64,000 nt of DNA from an uncultured Acidimicrobiia bacterium (GTDB lineage Bacteria; Acidobacteriota; Terriglobia; Versatilivoradales; Versatilivoraceae). Numbering within the stretch: the stretch's first letter is position 1; the number at the start of each line of letters is the position of its first letter. Positions 11,837 through 22,757 of this stretch are shown here, one piece after another. The DNA is taken from NCBI GenBank assembly GCA_963786955.1, contig CAWBAT010000006.1, forward strand, positions 608,001 through 672,000, written 5' to 3'. The notes beneath the pieces are model-generated. The model did not search any database, was not told the DNA's origin, and saw only the letters and a program-made list of their open reading frames with translations. The position numbers and the translations under genes are program-made.

Positions 11837-12463
11837 ATGAACCTAATGAAGACAGACGGAACCAAACAAGGTTTTTCTTTGTTGGAAATGATGATCGTGC
11901 TAGCGGTCTTTTCTTTTATTACAGGGGGATTATTTAACGTACTCCAACGCAGCCAGGCTCGCTACCAGTTCGAAGAGGACGTGACAGAAGCACAGCAGAC
12001 AGCCCGGACGACGGTAGACATGATGGAGAGGGAGATCCGGCTCGCCGGATTCCCCAAAGTCACCTACTACGATGCTGCTCTGGGGTATACAACCAACAGC
12101 AACACCATTTCTTCCGGATTCGTGACCGTCAGTTCGACGGACCTGGTATTTGAGGGCGACATCAATGAAGACGGGATCGTCGATGTTGTCGAATACCGCC
12201 TCAATGGAACGGTGCTCGAACGCAGCGCTGTCGCCAAACCCGGCGGTGTTACAGCGGCAACTCCAGCCTTCAAGACCCTGGCAGAAAATGTACGCAGTCT
12301 CGCTTTTACCTACTTCGACACAGGCGGGAATTCCACCGGTACAGCGGCTAACGTCAAGCGTGTTACTGTGAACTTGAACTTGAGCACAAACTTTGTGGAT
12401 CCGGAAAACCGGAGGTTGCGTACGGTCTCTGCGACAACTTCTGCACTGGCAAGAAATCTCTAA
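11837..12463 (+). CDS. PilW-like minor pilin, cassette 1
   Basis: QG|FSLLEMM; REIRLAGF; GDINEDG; C-terminal ARNL. Confidence 0.85.
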   Translation: MNLMKTDGTKQGFSLLEMMIVLAVFSFITGGLFNVLQRSQARYQFEEDVTEAQQTARTTVDMMEREIRLAGFPKVTYYDAALGYTTNSNTISSGFVTVSSTDLVFEGDINEDGIVDVVEYRLNGTVLERSAVAKPGGVTAATPAFKTLAENVRSLAFTYFDTGGNSTGTAANVKRVTVNLNLSTNFVDPENRRLRTVSATTSALARNL

Positions 12464-12478
12464 AATGGGGAGTATGAC

Positions 12479-13929
12479 ATGGAAGCCAAATCTTTGAATT
12501 TCAAGTCGCGAGGTCGCAGCATTCACAACAACCGTGGGATCGCACTGGTCGTGGCGATGTTTGCGCTGATTATCCTGTCACTGATTGGCTTGGCGCTCTT
12601 GAGTGTTTCCTCAATCGAGGTCCTGGTGAACCAAAACTCCAAGAGCTCCCGAGCCGCCTACTTCGCGGCCGACGCAGGCACAGAAGAGGCACGTTTCCGA
12701 CTTATGACGACTGGAGGGAATGCCATCCCACCTCCAGGAAATACTACTTCCGCCATCTATATCCGAGCGAATACATCCATTGATCCCACTTCAGGGAGCG
12801 CCTCATCGAATCCTTATTTCGACCCGGAATACTCCGTGATCTCCAAGAGGGACAGCAACGGGACACAGACCACGGCGGCTTCAGGGCTCAACTCTGCGAC
12901 GTTCTATACGACGATGCAAGGAAGCTCTAACCAGGTTCCGTATGCCTGGGTAAAAATTACGCGAAAAACAGAAACTCTTGCGGGTCAAACCGTCGATAAC
13001 GATAGCACTAACAACACAACAGCAGTTTATTATGGAGGAAGCACAGTCACCGGTGAGACTTCTCAGTATGTCCGTGATGCCACGAATTCCCCCACACACA
13101 ATGGCAACCCCGTCTATTTGGTGACGGCAATGTCACTCGAAAGTGGCGGAGCTCAAAGGAAGATTCAAACTGAAGTCGTTGTTCCACCCCCTGTACCCGT
13201 CACGGCCGCAATCAATTCCTATAATGATGTGGATTTCAGCGGAAATTTGAATATCAGCGGATAATAATGAGTGCGATGGAGGCGCCACTAAAGTTTATGG
13301 TGTAAGCTCGCATGGAGACTATTGACACTCTCAATGGTCCTCAAACGGTGACCGGGCAGGCTCCGCCACCGCCCGCAGACCCTGCTGGACCTTCGCTCTG
13401 CCCGAATTGCCAATTCGGCTATGATGTCCCAACACTTATCAATATGTACAAAAATTCTCCCATTTTTCAAAGCATCGATACCGCAGGTACAAACGTATCT
13501 TGTTCGGGGAGTCCGGTTTCATGCTCAGGGGCAAACATAAGTCTGGGAACTCCGCCCGAATGTTCCGCCTCCGGGAACCCCAACAAATACCCCAGTTCCT
13601 CGATATTATTATTCTCCGGGTGATTTGCACCTCACTGGAATCAACTCACTTGGATATGGCGTATCTGATCGTCGATGGCGATGTCACAATGAATGGTGGT
13701 GTTTACTATGAAGGTATAATCATATGCCAGAGGAACTTTCAATTTCACGGGTGGAGGTGGCAATAACATCAATATCCGGGGTGCGGTAGTTGCTGGACAG
13801 AGTTTTACCGACACAACCAGCGATGTCGGAGGAAGCATAGAGGTTCAGTATAATTCTTGTTCGGTCATAAACGTGTACAATCAGATGCCAATGACCGTGT
13901 TGACGTTTAAAGATCGTGCGCTTTACTAG
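12479..13929 (+). CDS. PilX-like minor pilin with extended C-terminal domain, cassette 1 (frameshifted)
   Basis: RG|IALVVAM lacking Glu5, AYFAADAG; later pieces LIVDGDVTMNG, GAVVAG, ending FKDRALY*. Confidence 0.8.
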
Positions 13930-13941
13930 CCAGGGGGACTT

Positions 13942-14513
13942 ATGAGAGTCAATCTTCAACGTCTGTTTGTTCTCCTCATATTTGCTTGTCTCAGTCGACC
14001 TGCCAGTGATATCTCCTTTGGACCAATCGTCAACCGGTTCGGAAGCCCCGAAAAAGCGAGTTTTCAAGAATGAGGACCTGGACAAGTACCAGGAGAAATA
14101 CGGCAGTGAAACCTCACCTGCCTCAAAGCCAGGTTCAGTCATCGCTTCTTCCGTCGATAAGGCCTCTAGCCCTGAACAAGCCAGCAAGGGCAAGCCAAAA
14201 CCGGATCTTACCGTCTGGCGCGCAAAGCTCAAAGAGATCGATGACACGATTGCCAGTAAGAAAACGAATGGAAGGCAAGCTGACCGGCAGTCTTGCAAAG
14301 TACAGCCAGAACCTGGCAGAAGCTGACACCGATTTTCAAAAGAAGACGGCCCAGGAACAATTTGCGGGTGTCCAAAAAAATTTGACCAGGACCCAAGCTG
14401 AACTGAAGAAGGCTGAAGAAGATAAAGCCAAACTGGTGTCAGATGCCAAGAAGGCAGGGATTCCGGAAGAGGACCTACTCAATTCTGAATCTCGCGGCGA
14501 GGCCAAGAAGTGA
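13942..14513 (+). CDS. Secreted coiled-coil hypothetical protein (frameshifted)
   Basis: ATG 13942 with signal-like start; KRVFKNEDL; helical charged tail ending AKKAGIPE. Confidence 0.6.
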
Positions 14514-15068
14514 TTACTTCCAGACTTTTGTTGATTTGTCCCATCGATAGATTTTTAGTCGGCTGGCGATATTGAAACTGATCGCGAAAGCTTCTCCTTG
14601 ATCGTTTTCCAGGTACACAGTTCCAATTCCCCCGTTGATCTTGCCGAGCGCATTATAGTTGATCCTGTCATTGCTAAAGGTAATCGGATCGGTCACGGGA
14701 CTACTGGGGTCTGAGGGAGGGCCGAACAATCCGTCCCCTTTGAATTGGATATGCTGAGGCAGTTGGTAGCTCCCCAAGTTCCTTTCCCCCGTATCTAAGT
14801 TTCCATTGTCATTCTTATCCTCAAAAATGTCATAGGATGCTCTGCCTGGACTGAACTGCACAACCACCGTATTCCTTCCAGAAATGGCAGCATAGCGTGC
14901 AATCTCCAGATTCGAGATCAGCCCTTGCGTCCCCGAATCGAGCTGATAGAATTCCAGATAACGTGTCATTGACGGCACAGCCATAGCAGTGAGAAGCAAG
15001 AGAACTGAGAGAAGCACGATCAGTTCAAGCAATGATAAACCTGCATCAATTGGCTGTGCTTTATACAT
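14514..15068 (-). CDS. FimT/GspH-like minor pilin, divergent from cassette 2
   Basis: AG|LSLLELIV; ARYAAI; DKNDNGNLD. Confidence 0.85.
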   Translation of the reverse strand: MYKAQPIDAGLSLLELIVLLSVLLLLTAMAVPSMTRYLEFYQLDSGTQGLISNLEIARYAAISGRNTVVVQFSPGRASYDIFEDKNDNGNLDTGERNLGSYQLPQHIQFKGDGLFGPPSDPSSPVTDPITFSNDRINYNALGKINGGIGTVYLENDQGEAFAISFNIASRLKIYRWDKSTKVWK

Positions 15069-15090
15069 CGCTTTTTATTGAAGAATTATC

Positions 15091-15118
15091 TTGACTTGTT
15101 TGCCTTTCAGTCTATCAT
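15091..15118 (+). promoter_or_regulatory. Putative sigma70 promoter for pilin cassette 2
   Basis: TTGACT-N16-TATCAT. Confidence 0.45.
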
Positions 15119-15171
15119 ACAGCCATTCAATCTTCATCCATTTATTTTTCGGACCCAAATCGCTAACCCCC

Positions 15172-15717
15172 ATGAGACCGTCTCCAAAAGAGAGCATTGT
15201 CTGTGCGGCTCGCTACGCTGGAAGAGCCATTTACAGCACATATCTTCTCAGACTTCCACGACCCTTGAAGAGAGCCCGAGGTTTCACTCTTTTGGAAATG
15301 TTGATGGCATCGCTCCTCGTGATTGTTGGGTTAATGTCGCTGTTATCATTAGTCCTGTTCGCTTTGAAAATGCGCTACGATTCAAGACTCAGTTCCACAG
15401 CCCTGAAACTCTCTCAACAGATCATCGAAGAACTTAAATCAAGAAGCCCTGACGACCCGGTTTTTTCTCATCCAGGAAATGCCTTGACCAGCGACGGCGC
15501 CATTGATTTTGACGCCAGCCTTGATGCTCTTGCCTCATCCACCACGTCGATCCAACTAAACCAGACGCTCAATACCCAACTCGTCTTTGAGACACGCTGG
15601 AACATCACGTCGTTAGGAGGCAAGAAAATTCTGACAGTCGCTACCCGTAAACGAGACTGGGAGAAGCCTCAATTTTCCCCTGTGAATCTAAAGCTGGTTC
15701 TCACGACCAATTATTAA
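15172..15717 (+). CDS. PilV-like minor pilin, cassette 2 (start uncertain)
   Basis: ARG|FTLLEML; IEELKS; TRWNIT. Confidence 0.85.
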   Translation: MRPSPKESIVCAARYAGRAIYSTYLLRLPRPLKRARGFTLLEMLMASLLVIVGLMSLLSLVLFALKMRYDSRLSSTALKLSQQIIEELKSRSPDDPVFSHPGNALTSDGAIDFDASLDALASSTTSIQLNQTLNTQLVFETRWNITSLGGKKILTVATRKRDWEKPQFSPVNLKLVLTTNY

Positions 15718-15726
15718 GGAGCTGGA

Positions 15727-16434
15727 ATGTCCCTTCCCTTTCCTCCGGTACATGACGACTTAGTACAAACGGCGCTTCCAGAAATGGATCTTCTTAGACA
15801 TTCCTATCGGTGTTCATTCTCGGGATTTTCTGTGGTCGAGCTCCTGGTGGTGTTAGCAGTTTTTGGGATCGTTTCCGGAATGGTTTTTTCTTCCATGGGC
15901 AGAGGGCAAGAAATCGCGGAAATTGCAAAGCAAGAGGGATTCATGACGGCTAACCTAGAGGATATTTTTGCTCTCTTTAACAGTGAAATTAGAACCATGG
16001 GGTTCCCACCCGAAAGTTATTTTGATTCCGAGTATCTGCAGAATCCGGCCACACCAAAAAATCTTGTGTCCCATGGCCTCATCTCGATGGGGCCACGCTC
16101 CATGGAATTCGAAGGAGACATCAATGGAAATGGGAAAATCGATTATGTCCGCTATTATCTAACGGGGTCCTCTCCGCCCTATGCGCTGTGTCGAATTGCC
16201 GGGGAACTCCATGCAGATGGGAGTTTGCCCGGTGGATCCGCGCAGAAATTATCGGAGCAGGTCGAAAATCTAAAGTTTGCATTCTTTAACAGATCGGGAA
16301 TCCCAGCAGCATCCGTGACGGAAGTCACTTCTATCGAGATTCGGATGACGCTGCGGTCAAGGAACCGGGACCCTATTTCCAAGATCTATCGAACGATCCA
16401 TGAAACAACTCGCATCCATCCTTCAAATCTTTGA
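15727..16434 (+). CDS. PilW-like minor pilin, cassette 2
   Basis: SG|FSVVELL; SEIRTMGFP; GDINGNG; ends PSNL. Confidence 0.85.
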   Translation: MSLPFPPVHDDLVQTALPEMDLLRHSYRCSFSGFSVVELLVVLAVFGIVSGMVFSSMGRGQEIAEIAKQEGFMTANLEDIFALFNSEIRTMGFPPESYFDSEYLQNPATPKNLVSHGLISMGPRSMEFEGDINGNGKIDYVRYYLTGSSPPYALCRIAGELHADGSLPGGSAQKLSEQVENLKFAFFNRSGIPAASVTEVTSIEIRMTLRSRNRDPISKIYRTIHETTRIHPSNL

Positions 16435-17757
16435 GCCGCGCCATAAGTGCCTGGAATATGAATTCAGGATGTAAACAAATTCAGGCATCCAGGTCTCGAG
16501 GGATAGCCATACTCGCGGCGCTGCTGGCCTTGGCCATGCTGACCTTAATTGCCTTGAGTATGACCTTTGTCAGCTCCACCGAGGTTTTGATCAATGACAA
16601 CAATAAAAAAAGGCTTCTCCAGCTTTACGCCGCCGAATCTGCGTGCGAAGAAGCACGGCTCAGAATTCGAAATCTAATTGACCTAAACCAGCTCTCCCTC
16701 ACGGATCTCAACCGTACTGTCTATCTGGTATCGAGTTCTTCCATTAACCCCACATACGGCGACGAGGCCACAAACCCCTATTTTGATTCAAATTCTGAAT
16801 CGACCCAAATCGCTTCCATCCTGCTTTCCGAACTGGAGTCCCTCAAGTTCTCCTGGGTTAGGGTTTGGCCAAAGACAGAGCTTCGTGCGGGGTACTCTCT
16901 GGATGACGCTGTGCTGACTGCGGATCCAGTCTATTTTGGGTACAGCAAGACCCAATCCCCCGCCAAGCCGACCCAATACGTAAATTCTGGGAATCACATC
17001 AATAGTCACTACGGTTCACCCGTCTTTCTCAGCACAGCCATAGCTAATGAACCTACTGGATACCGACAAATGGTCACGACCGAAATCGCCAGAATCCCCT
17101 GCCCTCCACTAAAGGCTGCATTCTTCTCCAAAGGCAGTGTCCAGATATTGGGCTCAGCCGTTTCTTTGGATGGAAATGATCCTAGTGCCTTATCGGCCTC
17201 AAGCTTGAACGGGCTGGAATCCGAGAGTGATGTCAGTGGCGACACATCGCAGATTCACGGCTCTCCAATGGCACTTAGAACCTTCTCTCCAAATTCTTAC
17301 GAAATGGCTAGCTTAATCAAAATGTTTCAGCCGCCTGTTTCTCGGGAGGTTGAACAACTCAATCTAAATATTATCCAAAACGATTGGGGGCAACTATGCG
17401 GCGAATGGGGTTATGCTGGGTAGTTTGCCTGCAAACGGAAATCTCTCTCAGGCTGTTTATGTTGGGGGGTCTTTGACCCTCTCAAATTCAAGCGGACAAG
17501 GGATTCTGATTATTGATGGAGACCTCACGATCGAGGGGGAATTCATTTATCAAGGCTTGTTGATCGTTAACGGGAGGGTGAGTTTCAATGGATCTGGATC
17601 TGGTATCCAAATCGCAGGGGCAGTCTTGGTGAGTTCGTTGTCTGGAAATCCGTCCTCGCTCCTCGACGGAACAATCAATCTCGTCTACGATTCCTTCATC
17701 ATCCGAAAGCAGTTTGACAGTCTTCCTTACACGCGGATCGCATTTAGAGACTATTGA
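16431..17757 (+). CDS. PilX-like minor pilin, cassette 2 (one frameshift at about 17400)
   Basis: RG|IAILAAL; LYAAESA; NPYFD; GQGILIIDGDL. Confidence 0.8.
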
Positions 17758-17800
17758 CGGTCAGAAAATGCCGCAGACCGCTAAAACAACTCTCAACAAG

Positions 17801-18643
17801 TCAAAATAGTGAAAACATTGAGGTATATTTCCCAATCATCTGCGCCCCCAGCAAAGCAGAAAGAATCGCTGCAACACCAAGAAACGAGCCGAAAGGAAGC
17901 TCGTAGTTTGCCTCTTTACCGGCTGCTTTGATGAAGATAAAACCAACCAATGCTCCCATCAGCGAACCCAGCATGATCGTGAGCAAAGCCAATCGCACCC
18001 CCAGGAAGGCGCCCACCATCCCCATCAGCTTGATGTCACCGAATCCCAGCCCTTCGATCTTTCTGAATCGGAAATAAGCTTCGGCAACAAACCATAGGAA
18101 ACCGCCACAGACCAGCGCCCCAATGAGGGAATCCAGAAAAGAATACATCATGAGGGGAACCTCAGAGAAGCCGCATAATCCGAGGAGGAGCTTCGAAGTC
18201 CCATCTTCGACCGGGCTGATCAGACTAAAAACCAGGCCGACAACAATACCCGGCAGGGTAATGATATCGGGTAGAATGCGATGATTGAGGTCTATGAAAA
18301 TTAAAACGATGATCGCCGAAAAAAATAGTAACAAAAGGAAAGTCTTGCTTTGTATGCCAACGATGTGGACTGTCGCCCAAAAGGCAAAAGCCGTTAACCC
18401 CTCGACAGTTGGGTATTGCCAAGAAATCGGCTCTTTGCAGCCACGGCAGCGCCCTCCGAGAAAAAGGAAGCTGAGGATTGGGATGTTATCGTACACCTTG
18501 ATTGGCGAGTGGCACTGAGGGCATTGCGAATTGGGAAATACAACCGATTTTCCCTCGGGGATGCGGGAAATACAGACATTCAAGAAGCTCCCGATGACTA
18601 AACCAAAGAGAATGGTGAAAATTTCTAAAAGAAACATGGGCAT
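17801..18643 (-). CDS. pilD: Prepilin peptidase / N-methyltransferase
   Basis: GSFLNVCI.R, CPQC, DNIPILS, GRCRGC, IDL, GLGFGDIKL, LPFGSFL. Confidence 0.95.
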   Translation of the reverse strand: MPMFLLEIFTILFGLVIGSFLNVCISRIPEGKSVVFPNSQCPQCHSPIKVYDNIPILSFLFLGGRCRGCKEPISWQYPTVEGLTAFAFWATVHIVGIQSKTFLLLLFFSAIIVLIFIDLNHRILPDIITLPGIVVGLVFSLISPVEDGTSKLLLGLCGFSEVPLMMYSFLDSLIGALVCGGFLWFVAEAYFRFRKIEGLGFGDIKLMGMVGAFLGVRLALLTIMLGSLMGALVGFIFIKAAGKEANYELPFGSFLGVAAILSALLGAQMIGKYTSMFSLF

Positions 18644-18717
18644 CTCGATAGCCAGATAGAACTCAACTGGGCTGCATGGTGCTAGACCGAGCCACAGTCC
18701 CACGCCCTAAATCGTAT

Positions 18718-19814
18718 TCATGCCCCCAAAACATTAGAATATATTCGAGCAATCTCTTCCGCCATTCTCGTTATTGAAAACTCCGATTGGATCCTTTGAA
18801 CTGCATTTTCCTTACATCGACGAATAGGGTCAAAGTCACTGAGTGCCCGCAGAACGCAATCTGCCAAGGCGACCGGGTCGCCCGGTGAAAAAAGAAACCC
18901 GGTTTTCCCTTCGATGACGATTTCTGGGATGCCCCCCACGCGGCTGGCAAACACGGGGACGCGGTGAGCCATCGCCTGCAGAAGGACCGACCCAAGCCCT
19001 TCGGAAACTGAAGGGAAAACAAACAGGTCCATGGCCGCAAAGGAGTCATGCAGGTCTAGAATCAAACCAGGGAGAAACACTTTCCGAGACAAATCAAGCT
19101 GAGTTATCATCTGCCGGTACTGCTCCTTGAGCGGTCCGTCTCCAATGAGTATCAGTCGGGCTTCTGGGAACTGGGTCTGAATACGAAAAAACCCCTTGAT
19201 GAGATCAGCGTGTCCCTTCTCCTCTGTGAATTGTCCAACACAGCCTAACAAGAGATTTTCCCTCCCCAATCCAAGGCGTTCCCGTGCCTGGTCTCGAACA
19301 GCCTCTGAAATCGCCTCGGGAAGTTCGGTGCTATCGTAAACCACGTTGATTCGCCCGGGCGCGATACCGTAGTTCAGGAGTAGATGACGGATATGCCAAG
19401 ACACCGCAATCATACAGGCGGGAGCTTGTTGATATTTCCACTTCGAAAATGAATTGTTCTTGATCGGAAAGATTACCCTTCGGTGCCCAACAATTGGTTG
19501 AGCTGGCCCCCACTGCTTTTAGGATTGCCGCCAGTCCCAGAGCTTCGAGCATCATGGGCATGAATGAGATCAGGCTTCAGTCGACGTATCAGCAGACTGA
19601 GCCTCAGGAGGGAGATCGGGTCCGCTTCACCACCCAAGGAGAGCGGATAGCAAGTCAAATTCAAGTCTTCTATTTCTTTTTTCAGCCGGCTTGCGGGGGA
19701 CAAAACAAAGTATTGCTCGACACCCGCATGGCGCATCAACCCCGAAGCGAGATAGGCAACCTGCTGCTGCCCCCCACGCCAATCGGTGCCGGAATCCAAA
19801 TGGAGGACTTTCAT
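18718..19814 (-). CDS. Glycosyltransferase family 4 (frameshifted)
   Basis: WRGGQQQ, IHAH, EKGH, PSVSEGLG, VGGIPE. Confidence 0.9.
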
Positions 19815-20602
19815 CTTTTTGACTTGGGATTCTGCTTCATCTGAGAATTTTTCTTAAGTTCGCGCAGTTTGGCATATTTCATGAAGTTGTAGAAACTAGC
19901 AAGGCAAGCAATCAAGTATCCGTGTCTCCCATCTCGAAATCCTGATTTCACCAAATAAGTTCTTATAAATGTGAGCGGAGGAGAGAACAGCAATTGAAAG
20001 TACCCACCGGGATTCCCTTTCAAGTAAAGTTCTTCCGCAGCCAGGGATGTGTAGCGGTCCAGCCGGATAAGATGCTCTGACAAGGAATTGCACGTGTAGT
20101 GAAGCAAATGCCCCTTCAACTGAGCGACGGTCCCGTTAACCAACAAGGACTCATGGACAAAACTGCCTTGCCAAGCGGCTTTGTTCTTCAAATAAAGACG
20201 TATCTTGTAGTCCGGGTACCAACCCGAGTGTTTGATCCATCGCCCTAGATAAAACGCCATTCTCGAAAATTGATAAGCATCGGCAAGGGCCTCTGCAGAT
20301 TTCAGCCTTGCAATTTCGCCCTTCAGTTCCGGACCCAGAGATTCATCGGCGTCGACACTCAGTATCCAGTCTGAGCTTGCTTGACTGGCCGCAAAATTTT
20401 TTTGTTCTGAGTAATGGGTCCATCCTCGTGTGAAGATCCTGGCGCCGTAATCGGCTGCGATCTCCAAGGTTCGATCCTGGCTGCCGGAATCAACCACAAT
20501 CATTTCGTCTACGACATCCTTAAGCGAATTTAAGCAGCGATCGAGGTTTTCTTCCTCATTCAGAGTAATGATGGTGGCTGATATCTTCACGGGCATCGCC
20601 AA
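19811..20602 (-). CDS. Glycosyltransferase family 2 (WaaE/KdtX-like)
   Basis: IITLNEE, VVDSGSQDRT, QKNFA, WILSVDADE, GWYPD, VHE, GFRDG. Confidence 0.9.
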   Translation of the reverse strand: MAMPVKISATIITLNEEENLDRCLNSLKDVVDEMIVVDSGSQDRTLEIAADYGARIFTRGWTHYSEQKNFAASQASSDWILSVDADESLGPELKGEIARLKSAEALADAYQFSRMAFYLGRWIKHSGWYPDYKIRLYLKNKAAWQGSFVHESLLVNGTVAQLKGHLLHYTCNSLSEHLIRLDRYTSLAAEELYLKGNPGGYFQLLFSPPLTFIRTYLVKSGFRDGRHGYLIACLASFYNFMKYAKLRELKKNSQMKQNPKSKR

Positions 20603-20715
20603 AAGCCTTCTCTATGAACGGAGACAGCCTTTAAGCTAACACATTGGAACAAACACTAAAAAAAGTGCCGGTGAGGAGACTGACGCGAGGGCCGATTTTC
20701 CCCAATAGGCACAGC

Positions 20716-22443
20716 CTAAGGATTCGCCGGTTTCGATGAGCTCTGGCGGGAAGGGTTCAAAACATCTTCAATCTTGATGTTTTGAACATCCAGAGTTTTT
20801 CCCACCGCTTTATCCAGGTCCGCTTTGGACTTGGTAAAATCCGTGTGTGCCCTGACCTCATTCGTCAGCGCAATCGCCAGGTTGCGTTGTTCTTCTAAGA
20901 CAAACCGAATCGTTGAGGTTCCCAACTGAAATTTCTTTTGTTCCGCGTCCAGATTTCGTTCTGCCAGTTCACGTGCTTTCTGGGTCGCGTCGATCTGTGC
21001 CCGAAACATCTCCAATGTGGTATAGGCATTGCGAACTTCCAAAGCGATCTGCTGTTCGAGCACTCGCAGTCTTTTCTCAGACTGAGACTTCAATAACATG
21101 GCTTGGGCATAATCTGCCTGACCGCTCCGGTTCTTGATCGGGATTTCAATGTTTACAGCAGCCGTATACGTCGGGAATCGATTGTTAAACAGTTGATTCA
21201 TTGCATCCCAGAAACCGGTATTGGGTCCATAAATGAAGGTCCCGTCAGGCAGGAACAAACGCGATTGACCGGCCAACGCATTGGTGCCGTAGTTCAGGCT
21301 CAAGTTTACGGTCGGCAGCAATTGATTCCGGTAGTAACGGCGGTTGATTTCCTGGTTGTCGATATCCTTTTTAGATTGTTTGATTTCAGGTCTCGCCTCA
21401 ATGGCATAGCTGACGGCTTGAGCCACGTCAAAATCCTTAAAATCGTTCGGCGAGAGTGTTTTGTCGAGAGGATCAATCTTAGAAGAAATCTGCCCAGGAT
21501 CTCGTTGAGAGCTGATGACCTTCTTCATCGTGTTGTCCAATTGCTCAAGTGTGTATTGGGCAACGATCAATTCCTCTTTACGATTCGCGATTTCCGCCTC
21601 CGACTTCACCAGTTCGATCGGAGCCAGGGTCCCAATCTCCACCTGGCGTTTGTTGTCTTCATGGATTTTTGCGGCCAAATCCAGTGATCGCTGTTTCACC
21701 TTGATGTCATCGCGTGCAAAAACAATATCCCAATAGAGTCTTTGGACCTGATTCACTACGGCAATCAACTGTTCCGTAAAGACATAGTCACTGATGTCCT
21801 TGTTATTGCGAGCGAGCAGGATGGGTCGCTTATTGACCACGGTTCCGAAGTTTTTCAAAAGCGGCTGCGAGACAGTGGCCAAAAGCCCCGAATTCAGGGA
21901 CGGAATCACAACGTTATATAAGCTATTACTGGATTGGCGATAGTTCGTGAAGTCAAACTGATAGCGTGTGCCCGTCGGCAGAAGTTGGTAAAAACTGAAA
22001 TTTGCTGTGTCCTGCAATTGATTAAAAGCTACGCGGCCGCTGGTCACCGCGTTATTTTGAGGGTAGATGCTTCGGCCCATTTGAAGGGATCCGATTAGCT
22101 TAGGGTCAAAGATCCCATAGCCATGGAGAATAGCATATTGGGCAATCTGCGGATCCACGAGGTCAACCACAATATCCAGGTTATTCTGCAATACAAGTCG
22201 GACGGCGTCCGACTCGGTGAGACGGAGTTGCCCGTCTTTCACGAGGCTATTCAAGAAATCGTTGACTTCTCTCGGTTGATCGAAAGTCTGGTTTCTTCCC
22301 ACATTCTCTTTGAACCATGCGGGCATGGGAAAGAAGCTTTGGGCAAACAAAGGAAATGAGTATCCAAAATCAACCAGCAGCAATAGGAGGAGAGATCGAA
22401 TTATCATTCTGTTTTTTAAAAGGATAGCGAAGCATCGAATCAT
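20716..22443 (-). CDS. TolC family outer membrane protein
   Basis: Signal peptide, QPLLKNFG, YWD, RPE, AEQKKFQLG, helical OEP repeats. Confidence 0.85.
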   Translation of the reverse strand: MIRCFAILLKNRMIIRSLLLLLLVDFGYSFPLFAQSFFPMPAWFKENVGRNQTFDQPREVNDFLNSLVKDGQLRLTESDAVRLVLQNNLDIVVDLVDPQIAQYAILHGYGIFDPKLIGSLQMGRSIYPQNNAVTSGRVAFNQLQDTANFSFYQLLPTGTRYQFDFTNYRQSSNSLYNVVIPSLNSGLLATVSQPLLKNFGTVVNKRPILLARNNKDISDYVFTEQLIAVVNQVQRLYWDIVFARDDIKVKQRSLDLAAKIHEDNKRQVEIGTLAPIELVKSEAEIANRKEELIVAQYTLEQLDNTMKKVISSQRDPGQISSKIDPLDKTLSPNDFKDFDVAQAVSYAIEARPEIKQSKKDIDNQEINRRYYRNQLLPTVNLSLNYGTNALAGQSRLFLPDGTFIYGPNTGFWDAMNQLFNNRFPTYTAAVNIEIPIKNRSGQADYAQAMLLKSQSEKRLRVLEQQIALEVRNAYTTLEMFRAQIDATQKARELAERNLDAEQKKFQLGTSTIRFVLEEQRNLAIALTNEVRAHTDFTKSKADLDKAVGKTLDVQNIKIEDVLNPSRQSSSKPANP

Positions 22444-22757
22444 TGTGACACTCCCTTTGTTATATTCGGGATCACCCGATATTGCTCTGTCCCACTCACG
22501 TACCTATCCACTATTTAGTTTCGCTTTTTCACTGGAATGCGATATCCATCGTGAAGGGTGATACAAGCAGAACACTAAGTGGGGATCCGAAACTGAATCG
22601 AGGTATTCCGTTGTAAAAAAAATCGAGGCCATCGAATCATTCTCATACTCTGCCAGAGAGCCTTCAAGGGTGTCAAATTGATTTGTATCTCTTTAAAATG
22701 TTACCATTCCAGTTGTTCTCTAAATGATGAGAATCAAAGGCAGTTCTTGAGGTGTGA

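Noticed and set aside
10197-15068. Invertible (shufflon-type) pilin switch
   Set aside because: The repeats are direct, not inverted, and no recombinase is present in the window
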